Shown: positions 58,221 to 64,000 of the stretch, piece after piece | How positions within the stretch are numbered: position 1 is the first letter of the stretch | Layout: every line of letters starts with the position of its first letter | NCBI GenBank assembly: GCA_045110285.1 | Contig: JBGCGA010000013.1 | Span: 28,733 to 92,732 of the forward strand | Reading direction: 5' to 3' | From: Crocinitomicaceae bacterium | GTDB lineage: Bacteria > Bacteroidota > Bacteroidia > Flavobacteriales_D > Crocinitomicaceae | DNA: 64,000 bases | The notes under the pieces: model-generated | The model's database searches: none | Told to the model about the DNA's origin: nothing | What the model saw: only the letters and a program-made list of their open reading frames with translations | Made by a program: the position numbers and the translations under genes

Positions 58221-59579
58221 TTATATTGCGTTAATCAGATCGTACCGTGTAATGATGTGGTGCTTCCCATTACCTAAATCTACTAATACTGCTGGTGTTT
58301 CAACTGTTACTAGTTTACTGATATCTTCAATTTTAGTGTCAGCTTTAACAATAGGAAGGGCAGGTAGCATCACATTATTTAGCGGTGTATCAAGCAATTT
58401 AGGATCTTCAATTAAGCTTTGTAGTAATTGTCTATCATCTACATAGCCTGCAAAGCCTCCATCCTTTGTCACTGGAATCTGTGAAATATTATATTCTTTC
58501 ATTTTTGATACGGCATGAGAAACTAATTCCTCACTTGCACACACAACTAAATTCTTATCTATATGGTTTTGAATTAAGTCTTTGGCATTTTTATGAGGCT
58601 CATCTAAAAAGCCTCTTTCACGCATCCAATCGTCATTAAACATTTTACCAACATACCTGCTTCCATGATCGTGAAAGAGAACAACAATAACATCATTTTC
58701 AGTAAATTGATCTTTCAACTGCATTAAGCCTGCAATTGCAGAACCGGCGGAGTTCCCTACAAAAATTCCTTCTTCTCGAGCAATTCGCCTTGTCATTACG
58801 GCCGCATCTTTATCCGTTACTTTTTCAAAGTGGTCGATCACTGAAAAATCAACGTTTTTCGGCAAAATATCTTCTCCTATGCCTTCTGTAATATATGGAT
58901 AAATTTCATTTTCATCAAAAATTCCTGTTTCATGATATTTTTTAAATACAGATCCGTATGTATCGATACCGATATTCTTGACTGCAGCATTTTGCTCCTT
59001 TAAAAATTTTCCAGTTCCAGAAATGGTACCGCCTGTTCCAACACCAACAACAAAATGAGTAATTCTACCATCTGTTTGTTCCCAAATTTCAGGACCAGTC
59101 TGTTCGTAATGTGCAATAGTATTAGAAGGGTTGTCATACTGATTGACATACCAAGAATTTGGAATTTCGTTTGCTAAACGTTTTGAAACAGAATAATAAG
59201 ACCGAGGATCATCAGGCTCAACTGCAGTAGGACAGACTACAACTTCAGCACCTACCGCTCTTAAAATGTCCATTTTTTCTTTGGACTGTTTGTCACTTAA
59301 AACGCAGATCAATTTATAACCTTTCTCTATGGCAGCTAAAGCTAACCCCATTCCAGTATTTCCAGAAGTCCCTTCTATAATAGTTCCTCCTGGCATTATT
59401 AAGCCTTGTTTTTCAGCATCCTCAACCATTTTCAAAGCCATTCTATCTTTGATAGAATTTCCAGGATTAGTAGTTTCAACTTTTGCCAATACAGTAGCTT
59501 TAATTCCATCTACAACTCTATTGAGTTTTACTAAAGGTGTATTTCCAATGGTTTCTAAAATTGAATTATAGTACTTCAT
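58221..59579 (-). CDS. Cystathionine beta-synthase-family PLP enzyme with a C-terminal CBS pair
   Basis: IGNTPLV, NPGNSIKDR, TSGNTG, GVGTGGT, EGIG; CBS domain ISQIPV. Confidence 0.92.
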   Translation of the reverse strand: MKYYNSILETIGNTPLVKLNRVVDGIKATVLAKVETTNPGNSIKDRMALKMVEDAEKQGLIMPGGTIIEGTSGNTGMGLALAAIEKGYKLICVLSDKQSKEKMDILRAVGAEVVVCPTAVEPDDPRSYYSVSKRLANEIPNSWYVNQYDNPSNTIAHYEQTGPEIWEQTDGRITHFVVGVGTGGTISGTGKFLKEQNAAVKNIGIDTYGSVFKKYHETGIFDENEIYPYITEGIGEDILPKNVDFSVIDHFEKVTDKDAAVMTRRIAREEGIFVGNSAGSAIAGLMQLKDQFTENDVIVVLFHDHGSRYVGKMFNDDWMRERGFLDEPHKNAKDLIQNHIDKNLVVCASEELVSHAVSKMKEYNISQIPVTKDGGFAGYVDDRQLLQSLIEDPKLLDTPLNNVMLPALPIVKADTKIEDISKLVTVETPAVLVDLGNGKHHIITRYDLINAI

Positions 59580-59620
59580 TTTTGCGGTTTTTTACAGAAC
59601 AATTGTCTTAAAATTTGCCA

Positions 59621-59628
59621 CAAAGGTA
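59621..59628 (-). promoter_or_regulatory. -7 promoter box of the CBS/BtuF-like operon
   Basis: TACCTTTG on the minus strand. Confidence 0.55.
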
Positions 59629-59664
59629 AGCGATTTCACTGAATACTCTCTCATTTTAGAACAT

Positions 59665-59695
59665 AAAAAAAGAGGTTGTAAAAACAACCTCTTTT
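59665..59695 (-). terminator. Intrinsic terminator
   Basis: AAAAGAGGTTGT-aaa-ACAACCTCTTTT. Confidence 0.85.
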
Positions 59696-59720
59696 CAATT
59701 TTTAATATTACTTAAAACTA

Positions 59721-60617
59721 TTAAAAATAGAACATTAAGTATATTGCTGCATTAAAGTTATCAGTATCAAGATTAAAGTTTCTTGATCCGCTAGTGATGT
59801 TTTCGTTGATCACTACTCCGCCAATCGATCCATCTTCGTTCACTGCGTTCGGATTGAAGTACTCAGAAGCCACACTTGACTCCCCTGTTCTTGAAACAGT
59901 CATTGTCCAACCAAACTCAGTACCGATACACATTTTTGGTGCAAAAAAGTATTCAACTCCTGCAAATGCTCTTAATCCAGCACCTAAAGTTGTACCTGAA
60001 TTATTCGTTAGAATACGCTCAGCAACATTGTTACCATTGCCTCCTTGGAAGCCTCCACCTGCATTGTACTTTGATGTAGGTGTTTGATTACTTGAAACCA
60101 TTGCGTTTCCATAAGAATATGAGTTCGTTGATTTGCTTCTGAAAACCATCACATCTCCACCATAAATACCTCTCAAACGTGTTGTACCTCTTCTAAATTC
60201 GTAACCAGCACCAATATTTATTGTATTTGAATTGATATGTCTTGAATCTATCACTGTAGAATCTGGACTATTTTTACTATCATCAAATACATCATAATTA
60301 AGTACTCGGTCAGAGTTAGCAATTCTGAAACTTGCACGTACAGCATTGTCGTTACTTAACATATACTTACCATACAATGTATTCCCACCAAATGAGTTAC
60401 TTAAAAACTTATTGGTATTCAAACTTGTATTTGAATTTGTTAATCCAAATAGATTTCCTGCATAAGTAAGAAACGGCGCAGCATTTACACCAATCGCAAA
60501 CTCTCCTTTTACAGGCATTATATCTATTCCATTCTTGTTCTGAATCTGCGGATTCCCTTGAGAAAACGACAACGAACAAGACAGCATAGCAATAGAAATT
60601 CCTACTATCTTTTTCAT
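59721..60617 (-). CDS. Outer-membrane beta-barrel protein
   Basis: Signal SFS-Q; GAGYEFRRG, FAGVEYFFAPK; C-terminal YLMFYF. Confidence 0.85.
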   Translation of the reverse strand: MKKIVGISIAMLSCSLSFSQGNPQIQNKNGIDIMPVKGEFAIGVNAAPFLTYAGNLFGLTNSNTSLNTNKFLSNSFGGNTLYGKYMLSNDNAVRASFRIANSDRVLNYDVFDDSKNSPDSTVIDSRHINSNTINIGAGYEFRRGTTRLRGIYGGDVMVFRSKSTNSYSYGNAMVSSNQTPTSKYNAGGGFQGGNGNNVAERILTNNSGTTLGAGLRAFAGVEYFFAPKMCIGTEFGWTMTVSRTGESSVASEYFNPNAVNEDGSIGGVVINENITSGSRNFNLDTDNFNAAIYLMFYF

Positions 60618-60635
60618 AATTTGTTTTATTTATTT

Positions 60636-61142
60636 TTAGTTAGCAGTATAATCGTATTCCTTAATTACAACAGCACCATCATACACCATTACTGTTTTGT
60701 TCGACAGAGAAAATATCTTGTCTTGTGCAGGATTATTTGATGGGTCAAATTGACTCTGTTGCTCAGAAAAATCATTAAATCGAAGTTCAACAGGGATTGA
60801 TTCAGCATAAGCAGGGATACCAGTAAAAGAAAAATCGCCATTATCTCCGACAACAGCAGTAAACTTTAATTTTTCATAGGTAAAACCATTTTGCGGGTTT
60901 GCTTGTAAATCTTCTGTATCAACTATAGCGGTAATTTGAGTTCCTTTTGGAGCAAATTCATTGTTTAATCCGCTTATAAATGTACCACCTGAGGTAGTAT
61001 CATTTCCTAAGTCTAATGGTGCTAAAATTACACCTTGAATTGTTGCAGTTCCAGGCTCAGCAGGGATTGCACTTTCTGTTTTTTTGCAACTTAGCATAGC
61101 TAAGGACGCAATTGCAAAAATTGATAAAACTCTTGTTTTCAT
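60636..61142 (-). CDS. Hypothetical lipoprotein
   Basis: Lipobox MLSC-KK; beta-rich GTATIQG and G.FSFTGIP. Confidence 0.82.
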   Translation of the reverse strand: MKTRVLSIFAIASLAMLSCKKTESAIPAEPGTATIQGVILAPLDLGNDTTSGGTFISGLNNEFAPKGTQITAIVDTEDLQANPQNGFTYEKLKFTAVVGDNGDFSFTGIPAYAESIPVELRFNDFSEQQSQFDPSNNPAQDKIFSLSNKTVMVYDGAVVIKEYDYTAN

Positions 61143-61252
61143 AATTTGTTTTTAATTAGTTGTTATGGCCATGTATACTGTGTCTTTTTTAAAAAGTTTC
61201 ATTTTCGGATATTATTCTAAGATTAAAGAAGCGATAATACTATTTTTGCAAT

Positions 61253-62020
61253 ATGAAGCTTCATTATAAAAAAACGGGAGATACTGGGCCCATTTTAGTA
61301 ATCTTACATGGTCTATTTGGCTCTCTAGACAATTGGCAAACTCATGCTAAAAAATTTGGCGAGTGTTTTCAGGTATATTCTGTTGATCAAAGAAACCACG
61401 GGCATTCTCCTCATGATATGACGTTTAATTATGATGTGATGGTAGAAGACTTGTTTGAACTAGTGACTGATTTAGGCTTAACTAATTTTCATTTGCTTGG
61501 TCACTCCATGGGAGGCAAAACCGCTATTGGGTTTGCTGCTGAACATGAAGAATTTCTAGCTAGCTTAATCATTGTTGATATTTGTCATAAACAGTACCCA
61601 AGACACCATGACGACATATTAAAAGGATTAAATGCATTAGATCTAAACCAGATAAAAAGCAGGACTGAAGCTGACAAAGAATTAACTAAGTGGATTCCGG
61701 AGTCAGCTGTTCGCTTATTTTTATTGAAAAACTTGTATTGGATAGAAAAGGGGAAATTAGATTGGAGAATGAACCTTCACGTGCTGACAAGAGACATAGA
61801 TAAAGTAATAGAAGAAATCTATTTCCGAACTATTGAAACTAAAACTCTGTTTATAAGAGGAATGGAATCAAACTATATTAAGGACTCAGATTATGCCCAA
61901 ATTGAGCTTAAATTTCCAAATTCAACAGTAAAGGCGATTGAAAATGCTGGGCATTGGGTACATGCCGAAGTACCAGATATTTTTAGCCAAACTATTTCTG
62001 GCTTTGTTAACGGAGAATAA
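61253..62020 (+). CDS. Alpha/beta hydrolase (YbfF-like esterase)
   Basis: LHGLFGS..NW, DQRNHG.S, GHSMGGK, AGHWVHAE. Confidence 0.92.
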   Translation: MKLHYKKTGDTGPILVILHGLFGSLDNWQTHAKKFGECFQVYSVDQRNHGHSPHDMTFNYDVMVEDLFELVTDLGLTNFHLLGHSMGGKTAIGFAAEHEEFLASLIIVDICHKQYPRHHDDILKGLNALDLNQIKSRTEADKELTKWIPESAVRLFLLKNLYWIEKGKLDWRMNLHVLTRDIDKVIEEIYFRTIETKTLFIRGMESNYIKDSDYAQIELKFPNSTVKAIENAGHWVHAEVPDIFSQTISGFVNGE

Positions 62021-62079
62021 AATAAAAACAATGTTTTTTGCAATTGCGTTGATAGTAAATTAAATTTGCAATAAAAAAC

Positions 62080-63078
62080 ATGCTCAAAATTGGACTTTTT
62101 GGTGTTGGACATTTAGGTAAAATTCATGCAAGATTAATTGCAGAACTTTCGACTGAATTCAATTTTATTGGATTCCACGACCCAAATAACACTAACGCTG
62201 AGCTTGCTGAAGCTACTTATAATTTAAAGCGGTATCATTCTATTGACGAATTAATTAGCAGTGTGGATTGTATTGACATTGTTACCCCTACCCTTTCGCA
62301 CTTCGAAATTGCTAAAACTGCAATTGAAAATGGTGTTCATGTTTTTGTAGAAAAGCCAATTACACATACAGTTCACGAAGCTAAGCAATTAACCCAGCTA
62401 ACAGAGAGGTACAAAGTAAAAGTACAAGTTGGTCATGTAGAGCGTTTCAATCCCGCTTTTACAAATGCTGCACCGCATTTTACTGAACCACGATTTATTG
62501 AAGCACACAGACTTGCTCAATATAACCCAAGAGGAACAGATGTTCCTGTAGTATTAGATTTAATGATTCATGATATTGACATTGTTTTAAAAGTTGTTAA
62601 CTCTGAAGTAAAAAGAATAAGCGCCTCAGGGGTAGCTGTAGTTAGTGAAACGCCCGATATTACAAATGCTAGAATTGAGTTTAAAAATGGATGTGTTGCA
62701 AATTTAACTGCATCTAGAATATCAATGAAAAGTATGCGAAAATCGAGATTTTTTCAGAGAGATGCTTATATCAGTGTTGACTTTTTAGATAAAAAAACCG
62801 AAATTGTGAAGCTCACAGCGGTAACGTCCGAACCAGACCCTTATGACATTGTATTAGATCTTGGAGAAAATAAACCAAAAAAGAAAATTGAAATTTTTTC
62901 GCCAAAAATTGATGAAGTAAACGCCATCAAAGATGAATTAAAATCTTTTGCAAGTTCAATCCATAACAACACTGATCCAACAGTAAGTATATCTGACGGT
63001 TATAGAGCATTAAAGATTGCCCACTTAATTATGGATGATGTTGACTCAAATTTAAATCTAATCCAAGAAAATAATTAA
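62080..63078 (+). CDS. Gfo/Idh/MocA-family oxidoreductase
   Basis: GVGHLG, EKP, GHVERFNPA, DLMIHDID; TAAATTTG box at 62061-62068. Confidence 0.92.
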   Translation: MLKIGLFGVGHLGKIHARLIAELSTEFNFIGFHDPNNTNAELAEATYNLKRYHSIDELISSVDCIDIVTPTLSHFEIAKTAIENGVHVFVEKPITHTVHEAKQLTQLTERYKVKVQVGHVERFNPAFTNAAPHFTEPRFIEAHRLAQYNPRGTDVPVVLDLMIHDIDIVLKVVNSEVKRISASGVAVVSETPDITNARIEFKNGCVANLTASRISMKSMRKSRFFQRDAYISVDFLDKKTEIVKLTAVTSEPDPYDIVLDLGENKPKKKIEIFSPKIDEVNAIKDELKSFASSIHNNTDPTVSISDGYRALKIAHLIMDDVDSNLNLIQENN

Positions 63079-63110
63079 TTTAATTTTCCGTTTACAGTAT
63101 TAATTTATCA

Positions 63111-63977
63111 ATGAAGACACTCTATTTATCTCTAATTTCATTTCTTTTTCTTGCGAGCTGTCAAGAAGACCTTACGCCCGCTTGGCTAGAGATTAAGACA
63201 GTGAATTTCACTACCAATGAGCCCGTTGAAGGTCCAAATTCACATGATATTGTTGATGCTTGGGTATATATAGATAATAAAGAAATGGGAGTCTGGGAAA
63301 TCCCTTTTAGAATGCCAGTTTTACAAGAAGGTGAGCATACATTAACTGTTATTCCAGGAATAAAAATAAGTGGCCAATCAAGCATCAGAGTCACTAATAA
63401 TTTTTACGAAGCATACACCACTACTATTAACCTTTCAAAAAAAGAAACAACTACTATCGTTCCAACTTTTGGATATAAGCCCACTGTTAATGTAATTGCT
63501 AAGGAGGACTTTGAAGACACCGGTGTGATTCTAAACCCAGATAATACAACAGATACCACTAAGTTTAAAATAATATCAAAACTAGATTTTCCAGATATTG
63601 TAAAGTACGGAAACAACTGTGGCAGACTTCAAGTTAATGAGAGTGATACAGTTGCGCGAGTAATTACGGATTTAGATTTACCAATAATACAAGGTAAAAT
63701 GTATTTAGAAATTGATTATTTAGCCACAAATTCTTTTTTTATCGGAATTCTTGAAGAAACAAGTTCCGTCAACCAAATAGACCAAGGGCCATATGCAGGC
63801 GCATATCGTACTGATGCAGATGAATTTGAATGGAAAAAAATATATTTTCCTTTATCAGACCGAACCAATTTGAACGCATTTGCAAACTCTTTTGAGTTTT
63901 ATATTTATGTGCCTCTCGATACAGGAAACCAAGCTGGAGAAGTATATATAGACAACGTAAAAATCGTATATTTTTGA
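63111..63977 (+). CDS. Hypothetical lipoprotein
   Basis: Lipobox LASC; DAWVY, EDFE, WKKIY and YIDNVK (CBM-like C-terminal half). Confidence 0.82.
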   Translation: MKTLYLSLISFLFLASCQEDLTPAWLEIKTVNFTTNEPVEGPNSHDIVDAWVYIDNKEMGVWEIPFRMPVLQEGEHTLTVIPGIKISGQSSIRVTNNFYEAYTTTINLSKKETTTIVPTFGYKPTVNVIAKEDFEDTGVILNPDNTTDTTKFKIISKLDFPDIVKYGNNCGRLQVNESDTVARVITDLDLPIIQGKMYLEIDYLATNSFFIGILEETSSVNQIDQGPYAGAYRTDADEFEWKKIYFPLSDRTNLNAFANSFEFYIYVPLDTGNQAGEVYIDNVKIVYF

Positions 63978-64000
63978 TGACTGAAAAAAAGCAGAAGTTT
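63977..64000 (+). CDS. Start of a translationally coupled ORF (MTEKKQKF...), truncated by the window edge
   Basis: TGATG stop/start overlap at 63975-63979. Confidence 0.45.

Noticed and set aside
1-64000. CRISPR arrays, tRNA/rRNA, transposases, integrases, prophage or defence genes
   Set aside because: No repeat-spacer periodicity, cloverleaf or recognisable motifs seen by eye. Intergenic gaps are short; a covariance-model scan would be needed to exclude small RNAs.

Overview
AT-rich bacterial chromosomal window, inferred to be Bacteroidota/Flavobacteriales (possibly Crocinitomicaceae-like). The inference rests on TAnnTTTG promoter boxes, A-rich start regions without Shine-Dalgarno motifs, T9SS C-terminal domains, a complete bat operon and signal peptides followed by Gln. 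It holds about 57 densely packed CDSs, mostly core or envelope genes: murQ, moxR-DUF58-batA-E, ribB fused to a degenerate GCH II, pheS, rsmI, htpG, meaB, surE, priA, rplS and cystathionine beta-synthase. I found no rRNA, tRNA, CRISPR array or transposase. The ORF track missed a TPR-repeat exported protein of more than 840 aa that runs off the left edge. Best leads: (i) the 47850-49690 locus, where an uncharacterised 508-aa all-helical protein with a possible HTH+TPR layout sits beside a GU-rich terminator-capped sRNA candidate and a divergent micro-transcript; (ii) four correctly spaced sigma54-type -24/-12 motifs, including a back-to-back pair at htpG; (iii) a TPR-LemA fusion coupled to a double-TPM/Zn-ribbon membrane protein; (iv) a nested ~155-nt inverted-repeat structure upstream of a nuclease plus split 5'-nucleotidase operon. 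All functional calls come from reading motifs by eye; no database search was run.
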